From Candidatus Melainabacteria bacterium (GTDB taxonomy: Bacteria; Vulcanimicrobiota; JABDET01), in the NCBI GenBank assembly GCA_013286945.1, contig JABDET010000003.1, positions 1-54,042 on the forward strand: DNA of 54,042 bases, read 5' to 3'. The translations under genes and the position numbers were made by a program. Every line of letters starts with the position of its first letter. Positions within the stretch are counted from its first letter, which is position 1. Of the stretch, positions 9,701 through 20,461 are shown piece by piece. The notes beneath the pieces are model-generated. The model did not search any database, had not been told where the DNA came from, and saw only the letters and a program-made list of their open reading frames with translations.

Positions 9701-10548
9701 TCAAGCTCCTTAAGCAAGGCTTTTTCCATCACTTCTTCGGGGGCTTCCAATCCTGTCCAGCGGTAGAAAGATTTCATACCTTGGTAAAGGAGTATTTTGT
9801 ATCCCTTAACCAAAGTCCCCTTTGCTTGTTCCCCTTTTACAAGCCAGGGTGTGGTTTTAGGCCAATAAATCCAATCCACCACTAAGACTTTCTTCCGAAA
9901 CTTAATCTCCGGCAAAAAGGGGAGTATTTGGCACGCTTCGAGAGGGGCCGCATTAACAAAGATCTCGGGAGCTTCCAATTGCTCTTTCCAGGTTTTTTCG
10001 TCAGAACCGACCACTTCAAGGTTATAGTCAAGGCTGTAATGCTTTGCAAACCAAGTCAGCAATTCGTGGAGACGTTTCAAGGTGCGGCTTGAAACCACAA
10101 ACTGCTTGATTCCAAGGAGGGCTAATGCCTCAATGGTGGCTCGTGCTGCTCCCCCTGCTCCAAAAATAAACGCCGATTTTTTGGAATCGAAAGCATATCC
10201 CGTTTGCACCATCGCCTCGAGTGACCCATCCACATCAGTATTTTCCCCATGGCTTCTGTATTCTTTGAAGAGGACCGTATTCACCGCTTCCAGCTTTTCT
10301 GCTCGAGGTGAAAGCTCATCGAGCAAAGGGACTACTTTCTCTTTAAAAGGAATCGTAATGTTCAACCCAAGATATCCCCCATGTTTGGCTTCTTCAAATC
10401 GGGTTAAAAAGTCTTCCGGGGAAATTGAAATAGCCTCATAACAAAAAGGAAGACCTAAGTGGCGAAACGCCTCGTTATGCATGGCTGGAGAGAGACTTTT
10501 CGAAACTTCTCCACCGAACAAAGCAATCTTCGTTTGTTTTAAAAGCAC
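9697..10548 (-). CDS. aroE: Shikimate dehydrogenase
   Basis: SLSPAMHN, NITIPFKE, NTDVDG, GAGGAARA. Confidence 0.95.
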   Translation of the reverse strand: MLLKQTKIALFGGEVSKSLSPAMHNEAFRHLGLPFCYEAISISPEDFLTRFEEAKHGGYLGLNITIPFKEKVVPLLDELSPRAEKLEAVNTVLFKEYRSHGENTDVDGSLEAMVQTGYAFDSKKSAFIFGAGGAARATIEALALLGIKQFVVSSRTLKRLHELLTWFAKHYSLDYNLEVVGSDEKTWKEQLEAPEIFVNAAPLEACQILPFLPEIKFRKKVLVVDWIYWPKTTPWLVKGEQAKGTLVKGYKILLYQGMKSFYRWTGLEAPEEVMEKALLKELE

Positions 10549-10615
10549 AATATCATAGAATATACAGGCAGGAATGGCAAGTCTCCTTTAGAGAATTTCA
10601 TTGCGGAGGTGGGAA

Positions 10616-12385
10616 ATGCGATTTTGGATTTTCATGTTAGCCGTCTTCTTCTTCATCTCGGGGGTAAGTTTTTCGAAATCGAGCAGAAATCAGAACACCC
10701 TGCTCCAGCAAACCTTCGAACAGCTCTTTAAAGAACCGAACCTCACCGTAAACGTACAACTTAAGTACAAAGAACGCAAACAAGACATTTCCGGATTCAT
10801 AAACCTAAACTTCATTCGGCAAGAAGATCGTGTCGCTGCGATTGCAAAAGTCCATGGCGATCTAAAAGAAATGCAAATGGATTTTCAAGGACAAGCCAAA
10901 CTCGTTGACCACCGATTTTATTTTATCTTAGACCAAAGCCCTTTTGGGAAAGCAGATGAAATTGGCCAATGGTTTGTGCTCGATCCCGCTTTTCTTTCTC
11001 CTCTGAAGCCGGCTCCTGAGAAACCCGTTCACATTGCTTTCCCTCCGGAACTGGCTCTAAAACTTCGTGCAGCAGAGGAAGTTGAGGAAAAAGGAGACGA
11101 AAAATTAAACGGAATCAAAACCCATCACTATGTTGTGAAGATCAAATTGGCCAATTTGCTCAATGCACTTCCGACTCTCCCATCACAGCAGATTCCATTT
11201 TCAAATGAGGCGTTCAAAGCCTTATCTCATCTAAAGCCAATCGTCGTTGATTTGTGGATAGGGAAGACCGATGGCCGGCTCTATCAGGCCAATGCCCCAA
11301 TTTTCGACGTGGGAAGCCTGAAAGCCAACATCAACTACCACGTAAAAAAATCAGAGGAGACTTTTCGGGTTCCGGTGGATCCTATCGATGGACGAGCCTT
11401 GGGCTTGGTTCCCCATGACTTATCAACCAAGTTTCTCGAATCGAAAACTAAACCGACTGAAAAAGTGGTCAGCTCGCTCCCCGGCACCACCATCGACTTC
11501 CTTCCGCTTGCCCCCTATGGAGGACCACCACTGGACGAACTGAAGAGTTTTTGCGAAAACAAATTTGGGCTCAAGAATATCGTCATCCTTCCAGAAGCCC
11601 CCCTTAACGAGCAAGCTTTTAACACCGAAAGGCGACAATACACCGCCGAAGAGCTTCTCTTAAGCGCGGATAAAACTTCAACCCCTGGCCACTATCTCAT
11701 CGCCTTTACAGACAAAGACGTTTACAGCAAGCAATCCCCAAGCTACGCTTTCGTTTCCCTCTGGGGGGAACAAAACCACGAAATCCTCTCATTGGCTCGA
11801 CTCGGGTCGAGCTCTATGCTTTATTTGCCGCGTTCAGAAAAACTTCTTGCCCGAAGTCTTGGCTATCTCTATTGGAAACTTCCCCCCACCTCACTCCCCG
11901 AAGACTTGATGTATGATTCTGTCATGAATATTCCAGACGATTTCGATCACATGGGAGAACATTTCTTAAATGATGAAAGCTCGCCATTCCTTGAAGATGG
12001 CATTTCGAAGGAAAGCCAGAGAAGATACACCGATGCAGAAATCGCATTCGAAAAGGCCATACAAATAAACCCCGTTAACGTCAAAGCCTATATGCATCTT
12101 GCCAAGACTGAGTCAGCGCTTGGAAAAGACCACGAAACCATCCAAGTCCTTGACAAAGTTTTGCTGGTTCGCGGAAAAAACGACGATGCCTTCGCCCTGT
12201 TGGGCCAAAGCTATGAAAAACTTAAGCAACCTGAAAGGGCGCTTTGGGCCTATCGTGCCGCTTCACTTCTTAATCCCAAGCGAAGCGATGTCTTGTACCG
12301 TGAAAGCGCCCTTTATGGCCAGCTCGGGTTATCAGAGAAAGCGCTAGAAGCTATGCAAAAAGCCAAAGCCGCCGACAAGCCCTAG
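10616..12385 (+). CDS. Exported multidomain protein: LppX/LolA-like region, degenerate archaemetzincin-like domain, C-terminal TPRs
   Basis: N-terminal signal peptide; GDEKLNGIKTHHY...VDLWIGK; AFNTERRQY..TDKDVY..SLARL; helical TPR repeats at the end; GGAGG before ATG 10616. Confidence 0.6.
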   Translation: MRFWIFMLAVFFFISGVSFSKSSRNQNTLLQQTFEQLFKEPNLTVNVQLKYKERKQDISGFINLNFIRQEDRVAAIAKVHGDLKEMQMDFQGQAKLVDHRFYFILDQSPFGKADEIGQWFVLDPAFLSPLKPAPEKPVHIAFPPELALKLRAAEEVEEKGDEKLNGIKTHHYVVKIKLANLLNALPTLPSQQIPFSNEAFKALSHLKPIVVDLWIGKTDGRLYQANAPIFDVGSLKANINYHVKKSEETFRVPVDPIDGRALGLVPHDLSTKFLESKTKPTEKVVSSLPGTTIDFLPLAPYGGPPLDELKSFCENKFGLKNIVILPEAPLNEQAFNTERRQYTAEELLLSADKTSTPGHYLIAFTDKDVYSKQSPSYAFVSLWGEQNHEILSLARLGSSSMLYLPRSEKLLARSLGYLYWKLPPTSLPEDLMYDSVMNIPDDFDHMGEHFLNDESSPFLEDGISKESQRRYTDAEIAFEKAIQINPVNVKAYMHLAKTESALGKDHETIQVLDKVLLVRGKNDDAFALLGQSYEKLKQPERALWAYRAASLLNPKRSDVLYRESALYGQLGLSEKALEAMQKAKAADKP

Positions 12386-14737
12386 CTAAGGCGAAACTTT
12401 TTCTCGAACTTCGTCGTTCAAAAGCTCGAGGAAAACTTTCACCACGTCAGGATCGAACTGTGTACCCGATCCCTTTTCCAGTTCAGCTTTAGCCTTTTCA
12501 AGAGAAAACGCTTTTCGAAACGCGTGATCTTCAAGCATCGAAAAATACGCATCCACCACAGAAATGATCCGCGCACCCAAATGAATATCACTCCCGGAAA
12601 GGCCAACCGGATAACCTTTGCCATCATAGTGTTCCTGATGCTGTGCAATGATGGCCGAAACGCGCTGAAAAATCGGGAATTGACCCACGAGCGTTCCCCC
12701 GATTTCCGGATGAAGCCTAACCGCATCCCTTTCTTCTTGACTTAAAGGACCACGCTTTCTTAAGAGTTTCTTTCCAACAGCAATTTTGCCGAGATCATGA
12801 AGCAATGCAGCAATTCGGACTACACTAATTTCTTCAAGGGGGACCTTCATTTTTTTCGCTACTTTCGTGACCCAGGTCGCCACCTTAACCGTACGGCCAG
12901 GGGATCCCCCTTCTCGCACATCCAAGAAATTAGCGAGCATTCGCGCAATTTTAAGCATCAAGAAACTTTGCAATCGCTCTACTCCCAAAATGCGCTCTCG
13001 TTCGCTTCGCGCTTTGATCTTCCGCGTAAATGAAATCACTTGATTTCTCCCGAGCGACTTGGCAAAGTACAAGGCAGAATCAGCCGCCTCAATCAAACTG
13101 GGCTTGTCTCCAGCATCATGCGGTAGGCATGCGATGCCTAAACTGATCGTCACCCTTCCCACCTGAGGCAAAAAAGCAAAATCAGCATTCTCAACACTCT
13201 TTCGCAACCGCTCTGCCACTTCTAGAGCCATGGCTTTAGAAGTGTGCGGCAGAATAATGCCAAACTCTTCTCCCCCATATCGAGCCACAATATCCCCTTC
13301 TCGAATACATTTTTCAGCAATTCTTGCAATTTCTTTTAAGATGAGATCCCCGGTTCGATGCCCGTATTGGTCATTAAATTTCTTGAAGTGATCAATGTCA
13401 AACAAGATAAACGAAATCTCAAACCTTTCACGACTTGCTTTGGCCACTTCTTTATCCAGAAGTTCTTGAAGCAATCGATGATTGTAAAGACCGGTGAGCC
13501 CATCTTTCGTAGCAAACCCAAGGGTGTCTTCATAAAGGTAGGCATTTTGAATGGCTACAGCAGCCACATTAGCTAAAGTGCTTAAGAGCTTCAAGTCTTC
13601 TTCGGTGTAAAGTCGTCGATTGGGGCTTGTCACTTCCAAGAAACCCAAAGGCCGATCCCCCAGCTGAAGCGGCACGTTCATGGACGATTCCTGATTGGCG
13701 TACAGTTTCTCGAGAAGAACCATCGCTTCTGGATCCCAAGCCCGAACGGCTCGCCATCGCTTCCCAATCGAATCGTCCACAATCATCCCATACCCTTTTT
13801 GTGGAACCACGAGAATTGCTCCCTCTGACTGCTTCCATTTAAGCTCTCTGCCCGCTATGAAGGGTTGATTGCTCGCACTCAAGGACAACAACACTTCCCC
13901 ATCCTCAGCGTTTAACAGAAAAACTTGAGCCCGTTCGCACGGAATAATCCGCTCAACCACATCCAAGAGAACTTGCAAGGCACGCTTCAGAGAAAGGCTT
14001 GTTCCAAGATAGTGGCTTGCTTCAAATAGAAGGGAAAGCTCTCGGATTTTTTTGTCAAGCTCGCGATTGGTGTTCTGAACACGAAGCGCGTAGTGGGCTA
14101 TCGCAAATGGAAAAACAAAAACAAGGAGAATGCCTGGCTCAAGCCTGTAAATTAATGCAACCAAAACTCCGATGGGGAGATTAACGAACAAGTGAAAGAA
14201 GATTCCTTCCAGTCGACCTTTCCATACGCTCAAGAAGTCACGATGTTCGGATAAGCTAATGATCCCTGAAAGAAGAAAATGGCTTACGGCAAAAATGGTC
14301 GACGTAGTAACAATGAACGAAACGACATTTCCAAAACTCCAAAGTGAACCCACGGGAGAATAAAGGAGACTGTAAATAATTCCACCGATCGAATAAGCAA
14401 GAATAAGTTGCGAAACATTAAAGATAGCACGATACCAAACTCGCCCTTGGAGGATTTCTGAAAGGGTAACCGCCAAAAAGACAATCCAAAGAAGTGGGGT
14501 AAGTCCAAAGAGCAAGAAGGCTGCAAAATACAGAATCCCCGAAACACGGACTGGGTTTCGATCCGCCGCCGGTAAGGGGAGAATTTCGAAAAACAAACTG
14601 AAAGCAAGAAACGATAAGAGTGGCCATACGCTAAAGTTCTGAACACTCGGATGTACCGTGAAATAAAACAGAAAACTCCCTGCCGCAAGCCCAGCCACAA
14701 AAATATACCAGCGGACACCACGTGAAAGCAGGTTCAA
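12386..14737 (-). CDS. Membrane-anchored GAF-GGDEF-HD-GYP protein (diguanylate cyclase)
   Basis: N-terminal TM helices, GAF, DIDHFKKFND...RYGGEEF, HDLGK...GKGYP. Confidence 0.9.
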   Translation of the reverse strand: MNLLSRGVRWYIFVAGLAAGSFLFYFTVHPSVQNFSVWPLLSFLAFSLFFEILPLPAADRNPVRVSGILYFAAFLLFGLTPLLWIVFLAVTLSEILQGRVWYRAIFNVSQLILAYSIGGIIYSLLYSPVGSLWSFGNVVSFIVTTSTIFAVSHFLLSGIISLSEHRDFLSVWKGRLEGIFFHLFVNLPIGVLVALIYRLEPGILLVFVFPFAIAHYALRVQNTNRELDKKIRELSLLFEASHYLGTSLSLKRALQVLLDVVERIIPCERAQVFLLNAEDGEVLLSLSASNQPFIAGRELKWKQSEGAILVVPQKGYGMIVDDSIGKRWRAVRAWDPEAMVLLEKLYANQESSMNVPLQLGDRPLGFLEVTSPNRRLYTEEDLKLLSTLANVAAVAIQNAYLYEDTLGFATKDGLTGLYNHRLLQELLDKEVAKASRERFEISFILFDIDHFKKFNDQYGHRTGDLILKEIARIAEKCIREGDIVARYGGEEFGIILPHTSKAMALEVAERLRKSVENADFAFLPQVGRVTISLGIACLPHDAGDKPSLIEAADSALYFAKSLGRNQVISFTRKIKARSERERILGVERLQSFLMLKIARMLANFLDVREGGSPGRTVKVATWVTKVAKKMKVPLEEISVVRIAALLHDLGKIAVGKKLLRKRGPLSQEERDAVRLHPEIGGTLVGQFPIFQRVSAIIAQHQEHYDGKGYPVGLSGSDIHLGARIISVVDAYFSMLEDHAFRKAFSLEKAKAELEKGSGTQFDPDVVKVFLELLNDEVREKVSP

Positions 14738-14786
14738 CTCACTTCATCCCCATATCCAAGTCTTGCTGAGGTTTTAGGTCGAGGGA

Positions 14787-15068
14787 CTAAATCCACTTCT
14801 CTTCTTGATTCGGCCCCTGGAGGAGCTCCATGAGCTTGTTCGCAAAAGTGTGATGAGGAGAAGGAGCATTGCTGAGCTCCGGGTTTTCTAAGAGGTTGAC
14901 AGTCCGACCTCCAAGTTTGCTAAGACTAACCTGATCGGGCCGTGAACCGGGGAGTTGTTCTTTCCTGGCGGAAGGGAGCAAACCTTTCTCTTCCCCTTGA
15001 CCGCTAACCCCTGGATGGGGCGTAAAGGGGCTAATTGGGTTTGTAGAAGGATTGCTGTTGTTAGCCAT
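14787..15068 (-). CDS. Small hypothetical protein with disordered N-terminus and DQVSLS motif
   Basis: ORF fills the intergenic space and has its own promoter-like sequence. Confidence 0.6.
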   Translation of the reverse strand: MANNSNPSTNPISPFTPHPGVSGQGEEKGLLPSARKEQLPGSRPDQVSLSKLGGRTVNLLENPELSNAPSPHHTFANKLMELLQGPNQEEKWI

Positions 15069-15076
15069 CTACTCTT

Positions 15077-15105
15077 ATCTTACGGCAGTTAACATCAAAA
15101 GTCAA
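15077..15105 (-). promoter_or_regulatory. Sigma70-type promoter TTGACT-N17-TAAGAT
   Basis: -35 at 15105-15100, -10 at 15082-15077, 8 nt before the ATG at 15068. Confidence 0.55.
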
Positions 15106-16547
15106 GAACACCAGCAAACATTGGGTTTGCGAGCTGCCAGCACATCATCGACCCGCGACACAGGGGTCGAATACGGCGCCCCCTGAACAAGCTCGGGATT
15201 CTTCTCCGCTTCTTCAGCAATTTTTATCATCACCTCGATAAAGCGGTCCAAAGTTTCCTTGCTTTCGGTCTCGGTTGGCTCAATCATGAGTGCCTCGGCA
15301 ACAATGAGCGGAAAGTAAACGGTGGGAGGATGGATCCCGTAATCCAAGAGCCGTTTCGCGATATCCAACGCTCGGACGTTATGGGCCTTTTGTCGTTTGG
15401 CTGAGAGGATAAACTCATGCTTGCAGATTCGATCATAGGGGAGATCGTAATATTTCTTGAGCGCCTGCATGAGATAATTTGCATTTAAAACCGATATCTC
15501 CGCTATTTTTCGGAGACCGCCAGGGCCTTGGGCCAACGTGTAAGCTAACCCTCTCACCAAGTGAAGAAAGTTGCCGTAGTATGCTTTCACTCGACCTATG
15601 CTTTTCGGACGATTTTCGTCTAGAGCATAATGTATGGAAGAGGCCTCTTGTTTCTTTTCGGTGATCACCGGAAGCGGAAGATACGGCTCAAGAAAAGCCT
15701 TCACCCCAATCGGGCCAGCACCTGGGCCACCTCCCCCGTGTGGTATGCTGAAGGTCTTGTGGAGGTTCAGGTGCACCACATCAAAACCAAAGTCTCCAGG
15801 GCGCGCAATGCCTAAGATGGCGTTCAAATTGGCTCCATCATAATAAAGGAGGCCCCCCTTGGCATGAACTCGTTTTGCAATCTCGAGCGTGTTTTCATCA
15901 AAGAGACCTAAGGTGTTTGGATTGGTAAGCATCAAAGCCGCCACATCGGGAGACAGAGCGGCATCCAACGCTTCCAAGTCGACTCCACCCCTTGCATTCG
16001 AAGGAATTTGAACCACCTTAAAACCGAGCATGGCAGCTGTGGCCGGATTCGTCCCATGCGCAGAGTCGGGCACCAACACTATGTGTCGATTTTCCCCTCG
16101 ATCCCGAAAGTAAGCCCGGATCATGATAAGTCCCGTTAACTCTCCGTGAGCCCCTGCCGCCGGTTGCAATGAAACGGCATCCATTCCGGTGATTTCAGCT
16201 AAAATTTTCTGCAGAAGAACCAGGAGCTCCAGAGCCCCTTGGATCTGATGCTCGGGTTGGAATGGATGAAGATCGGCAAACCCCGGAAGTCCAGCCAGCT
16301 CATCATTAATTTTCGGATTATACTTCATGGTGCACGAGCCAAGCGGATAAAAATGAGTATCAATTGAGAAGTTCAGTTGGCTTAGCCGAGTGAAATGACG
16401 AACAACGTCGAGCTCCGAGAGCTCAGGAAGTTCAAGATCCTTGCGCAAATCATCGGTTGGGAGCGGCTCAAGGGGTACATCCAAGGTGGGGAGTTGATAC
16501 CCTGGCCGGCCTGGAACGCTCTTTTCAAAGAGGAGCGGTTCAGCCAT
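15102..16547 (-). CDS. gcvPB: Glycine dehydrogenase (decarboxylating) subunit 2
   Basis: [31 protein letters not shown]. Confidence 0.97.
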   Translation of the reverse strand: MAEPLLFEKSVPGRPGYQLPTLDVPLEPLPTDDLRKDLELPELSELDVVRHFTRLSQLNFSIDTHFYPLGSCTMKYNPKINDELAGLPGFADLHPFQPEHQIQGALELLVLLQKILAEITGMDAVSLQPAAGAHGELTGLIMIRAYFRDRGENRHIVLVPDSAHGTNPATAAMLGFKVVQIPSNARGGVDLEALDAALSPDVAALMLTNPNTLGLFDENTLEIAKRVHAKGGLLYYDGANLNAILGIARPGDFGFDVVHLNLHKTFSIPHGGGGPGAGPIGVKAFLEPYLPLPVITEKKQEASSIHYALDENRPKSIGRVKAYYGNFLHLVRGLAYTLAQGPGGLRKIAEISVLNANYLMQALKKYYDLPYDRICKHEFILSAKRQKAHNVRALDIAKRLLDYGIHPPTVYFPLIVAEALMIEPTETESKETLDRFIEVMIKIAEEAEKNPELVQGAPYSTPVSRVDDVLAARKPNVCWCS

Positions 16548-17910
16548 GCAGACACCCTTCTCTCGTTAAGCGAGGCGCTTCTTCAAGCTTCCGCGTGAAG
16601 CAATCAATTTCTTCGCGTCGATTCACTTCGGTGACGGTCAAAAGAATGGCATCTCCAAATTCAGGATAATCCTGAGTGAGAGGATACCCAGAAAGAATCT
16701 TTTCCTTTTCCATAAGATTCATAAATTCAGAAGCCTTGATTGGTGTTCGAAGCACAAATTCGTGATAAAAGGGTGCATTAAACAGTGGCTTTAGTGCGCC
16801 TGTTTTCGTCCATTGTCGAAAGGCATAGTGAGCCTTGTGATAGCACTGAGCACTCACCTCTTTAAAGCCCTCTTTTCCGAGCAAGCTCAGATAAATCGCA
16901 TTGGCCACCGCGCAAAGGGATTGGTTGGTGCAAACATTGGACGTTGCCTTTTCACGACGAATGTGTTGCTCGCGGGCTTGAAGGGTCAAGGTATAGGCAA
17001 GCTTTCCCTTACTGTCCAGCGTTTGCCCTACTAGCCGACCTGGAATTCGTCGCATGTACTCCTTGGTGGTCGCGATAAATCCGACGTGCGGGCCGCCAAA
17101 CGACGGGGGAATACCCAGACTTTGTCCTTCCCCTGCCACGATCGAAGCCCCCCGTTCACCTGGAGGCTTGAGTAAGCCCAAGGCTACCGGCTCAACAACC
17201 GCTACGACCAGCAATGTGCCATGTTTCTTGCAGATGGAAGCTAACGCTTCCAGCGGTTCAAGGAGACCCAGAAAATTAGGGTATTGAACAAGAAGAGCCG
17301 CTGTTGGATTCTTTGAAAGATAGGCTTCCACTTCCTCAGTCGACGTCAATCCTTCAAAGAGTGGCGTTTCTTTTATCGGAAGATTTCTTCCATGAAAATA
17401 AGTTCCAACCACCTGACGATAATGAGGATGAACGGCACGACTTACCAGGAGATTTTCTTTCCCGGTGATATCGAGGGCCATCAAAGCGGCTTCCGCAAGA
17501 GAAGTGGCCCCATCATAGTGCGAGGCGTTAGCCACATCCATCCCCACCAATTTACAAATGAGTGTTTGGAATTCGTAGATCGATTGAAGTGTCCCCTGAC
17601 TTGCTTCCGCTTGATAAGGGGTATAAGCTGTCGCAAATTCACCTCGCGAAATTAAAGCCTTCACCGCCGAGGGGATGTCGTGGCGATAAACGCCCGCCCC
17701 TAAAAAGGAAGTTTGATCCGCCAAGGCAAGATTTTTTTTCGCCAGTTCAGAAAAGCTTCGCCGCAATTCCTGTTCGGACATCGCCGGTGGCACTTTCAAA
17801 CCCTTTTTAAGTTTTACTTCTTCTGGAATATCAGAGAAAAGCTCGTCAATGGCCCCAATCCCAATGGCTGAAAGCATTTGTTTAATCTCTGACGGAGTGG
17901 CGCCAATCAT
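16540..17910 (-). CDS. gcvPA: Glycine dehydrogenase (decarboxylating) subunit 1
   Basis: [26 protein letters not shown]. Confidence 0.97.
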   Translation of the reverse strand: MIGATPSEIKQMLSAIGIGAIDELFSDIPEEVKLKKGLKVPPAMSEQELRRSFSELAKKNLALADQTSFLGAGVYRHDIPSAVKALISRGEFATAYTPYQAEASQGTLQSIYEFQTLICKLVGMDVANASHYDGATSLAEAALMALDITGKENLLVSRAVHPHYRQVVGTYFHGRNLPIKETPLFEGLTSTEEVEAYLSKNPTAALLVQYPNFLGLLEPLEALASICKKHGTLLVVAVVEPVALGLLKPPGERGASIVAGEGQSLGIPPSFGGPHVGFIATTKEYMRRIPGRLVGQTLDSKGKLAYTLTLQAREQHIRREKATSNVCTNQSLCAVANAIYLSLLGKEGFKEVSAQCYHKAHYAFRQWTKTGALKPLFNAPFYHEFVLRTPIKASEFMNLMEKEKILSGYPLTQDYPEFGDAILLTVTEVNRREEIDCFTRKLEEAPRLTREGCLHG

Positions 17911-17919
17911 TCGGTTGGC

Positions 17920-18297
17920 TTAAGCCTTTACCAAACCAAGATAATCTGGGGCTTTCAAAAGACTCGAAACCTCGCTTGGATTGCTCATTTCTACCACAAA
18001 CATCCATCCTTCCCCATACGGATCTTGGTTGACTTTTTCTGGATGATCGTTTAAAGTAGAATTCACTTCAATCACCGTACCTGAAACCGGAGCATAAATC
18101 TCGGAAACCGCTTTCACTGATTCAATCACGCCACACGGAGTCATTTGCTTGACGTTCCCACCCTTTTTGGGAAGCTCAATATAAACAATATCGCCAAGCT
18201 GTTCTTCCGCATGATCGGTCACCCCGACCTTGGCTTTTTTCCCGTCAATTGAAATCCACTCATGCTCCTTGGTGTACAATCGATCTTCAGGTACCAC
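17920..18297 (-). CDS. gcvH: Glycine cleavage system H protein
   Basis: YTKEHEW, ESVKAVS lipoyl-lysine motif, DPYGEGW; GTG start at 18297 preferred over the longest ORF. Confidence 0.96.
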   Translation of the reverse strand: MVPEDRLYTKEHEWISIDGKKAKVGVTDHAEEQLGDIVYIELPKKGGNVKQMTPCGVIESVKAVSEIYAPVSGTVIEVNSTLNDHPEKVNQDPYGEGWMFVVEMSNPSEVSSLLKAPDYLGLVKA

Positions 18298-19390
18298 GTT
18301 TAACACTTCCTTGAACGAACGGTTTCTTGCTAACAATCGCTGGGTGGGGTTGACCACGAACCTCAACGGAAATTTCTGATCCAACCGAGAGCCATTCGGT
18401 GAGCATAGTTTCCACAAGCCCTAAACCAATCCCCTTCTCCAGGGTGGGGGAAAAAGTCCCACTGGTTACTCGACCGACATTTTTTCCCTCAAGAAGAATT
18501 GGATAATCTTTTCGCGCCACACTCCGATCGTCCATGGTGAAAGCAATCAATTTTCGAGGCACTTCCATCTCTTTTTGTCGAAGCAACGCTTGCTTTCCAA
18601 TGAATTTCTCTTTCTCAAATTTAACGACCCGAGATAATCCAACTTCCAAAGGGGTGGTGGTTTCATCCATGTCATTTCCGTACAACAAATAGGTGGCTTC
18701 CAATCTCAGAGTATCTCTCGCACCAAGACCGATCGGTGGGATTTCTCTTTCTCGAATCTTTTCCCATAACAGGGGCGCCTGTTTCGCCTCCACGTAAAGC
18801 TCGAATCCATCCTCTCCGGTGTAGCCGGTGCGCGAAATGATTGCGGGTATTTCAAAAACACTGGATTGGATAAAATGATAGTAAGACAGCGCTGACAATT
18901 TGTCGGGACAAAAGTGTTGAAGGAAAGTTTCAGCAGGTGCTCCTTGAATGGAAAGAAGCGCAATCTCATCCGTTCGATTCTTGACTGAAACATCGGGAGG
19001 AAGATGTTCCTCCAACCATTTCGAAATTTTGTCGGTGTTGGAAGCATTCACCACCAACATGAACTTGTTTTCCATTCGATAAACAACGAGATCATCCAAG
19101 ATTCCACCATCGTCACGACACATCACCGAATACAGCGCTTGGCCCGGTTTGACCAAGGTGAGGTTTCCGGTGATCATCTCCGAGAGGAAATCTAAAGCTC
19201 CCTCTCCTGAAATCTCAAGTTCCCCCATGTGTGACAAATCAAAAAGACCAAGCTTTTTTCGAACCGTCCGGTGTTCCTCAAGAATGCCTCGATATTCCAG
19301 CGGCATTTGCCAGCCAGCAAAAGGGATTAGCTTGGCATTTTCTTTCTGGTGCTGACCAAACAGTGAGGTGGTTTTCAGGGTTTCTTCCAT
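18287..19390 (-). CDS. gcvT: Glycine cleavage aminomethyltransferase T
   Basis: FDLSHMG, SRTGYTGEDGFE, GLGARDTLRLEA; start position approximate. Confidence 0.97.
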   Translation of the reverse strand: MEETLKTTSLFGQHQKENAKLIPFAGWQMPLEYRGILEEHRTVRKKLGLFDLSHMGELEISGEGALDFLSEMITGNLTLVKPGQALYSVMCRDDGGILDDLVVYRMENKFMLVVNASNTDKISKWLEEHLPPDVSVKNRTDEIALLSIQGAPAETFLQHFCPDKLSALSYYHFIQSSVFEIPAIISRTGYTGEDGFELYVEAKQAPLLWEKIREREIPPIGLGARDTLRLEATYLLYGNDMDETTTPLEVGLSRVVKFEKEKFIGKQALLRQKEMEVPRKLIAFTMDDRSVARKDYPILLEGKNVGRVTSGTFSPTLEKGIGLGLVETMLTEWLSVGSEISVEVRGQPHPAIVSKKPFVQGSVKRGT

Positions 19391-19438
19391 GATGAGTGGT
19401 TTTATGTTCCTCACTTGTAGGAACACTTCCTACCAGCC

Positions 19439-20461
19439 CTAGGGCCTCCCGAGAATCTCTCCATCGACAAGTCCTGCAATCTGTAAGAACTCCTGTCCTG
19501 AATAAAAGCGCAAGAGCTCGAGCTGCACCGTTTCGAGGGTAATGAAGTAATCTTGGGTGGCCACATCCGCTCGTCCGCGGGAAACAATCAAGGTTCCAGG
19601 CTTTGCTCCTTCGTCATTGGGTCTTGAGAGTCGAGCTGACCAAATTCGCAAGATAAGATTTCTAAAAATCGTCATCGCTCCCAAGAAAGGGGAGCCAGCA
19701 CGAATAAGAGCCAGGATGTTCATGGCCTTTTCATCCCAATTGATTTCGAGAACCGATGCGTCAGGAATCAGGCCATAGGTCGCTAAAGAAGGGTCCTGTG
19801 GAGCTCTTGGAAGGGACTTCCCTGCGGCGAGTTCGCGTAATGTTTGAAGCAGCAACTGGATTCCAACCGATGCACATTTCAGTGTCAGTGTTCCGGCCGT
19901 TTCTTGAGAATCCACCGGAATCTTCTGAACGTAGTGAATGTCCCCCGCATCAAACTCATTGGTCATTTCATGAATCGTAACACCCGTTTCTTTGTCCTGA
20001 TTCAAAATGATCCAAAAATAAGGAAATGAACCTCGATAGCGGGGCAAGAGAGCCGGATGCCAGTTAATTCCGCCAAGGGGGGCCATTTGTAGAATTTCCG
20101 GAGGAACTTTCCTCAAGAAACTCATGGCGGCAATCACGGAAGGTTTTGTCTTTTTGAACGCCTGCTGAAATTCAGCGGAATGAAGCGTATCGGGATTAAA
20201 GAGGGGGACTCCTTTTCCATCAGCCAGCCGCTTCAAGTCTTGGGGAAAACTATGACGTGTTGTCTTGGGAGCTAAAGTCACCACCGAAGAAACACGAAGC
20301 CCGGAATTAAGCAATTCAGACAAAACCCAGCTCGCCACTGGGGGATCGCTAAAGAAAGCAACAGAAAAATGGTCCAAGCTACTGCCAAGTTCTTCCAGAC
20401 TTGCACCATGTCCTGTGTGAAGGAAAGGGAGATCACGATTCGAACTAAACACTGTGGCCAT
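19439..20461 (-). CDS. Methionyl-tRNA formyltransferase-like (Fmt/ArnA-type) formyltransferase
   Basis: NWHPALLPRYRG, ETGVTIH, DAGDI; true start probably downstream of 20461. Confidence 0.85.
   Translation of the reverse strand: MATVFSSNRDLPFLHTGHGASLEELGSSLDHFSVAFFSDPPVASWVLSELLNSGLRVSSVVTLAPKTTRHSFPQDLKRLADGKGVPLFNPDTLHSAEFQQAFKKTKPSVIAAMSFLRKVPPEILQMAPLGGINWHPALLPRYRGSFPYFWIILNQDKETGVTIHEMTNEFDAGDIHYVQKIPVDSQETAGTLTLKCASVGIQLLLQTLRELAAGKSLPRAPQDPSLATYGLIPDASVLEINWDEKAMNILALIRAGSPFLGAMTIFRNLILRIWSARLSRPNDEGAKPGTLIVSRGRADVATQDYFITLETVQLELLRFYSGQEFLQIAGLVDGEILGRP

Noticed and set aside
19390-19440. Glycine riboswitch upstream of gcvT
   Set aside because: The formyltransferase gene ends about 50 bp upstream; there is no room and no aptamer motif was recognised.
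20454-20461. Head-to-head overlap of the formyltransferase and exbD as a second rearrangement junction
   Set aside because: Both proteins look complete; a later formyltransferase start (for example TTG at 20377) removes the overlap.
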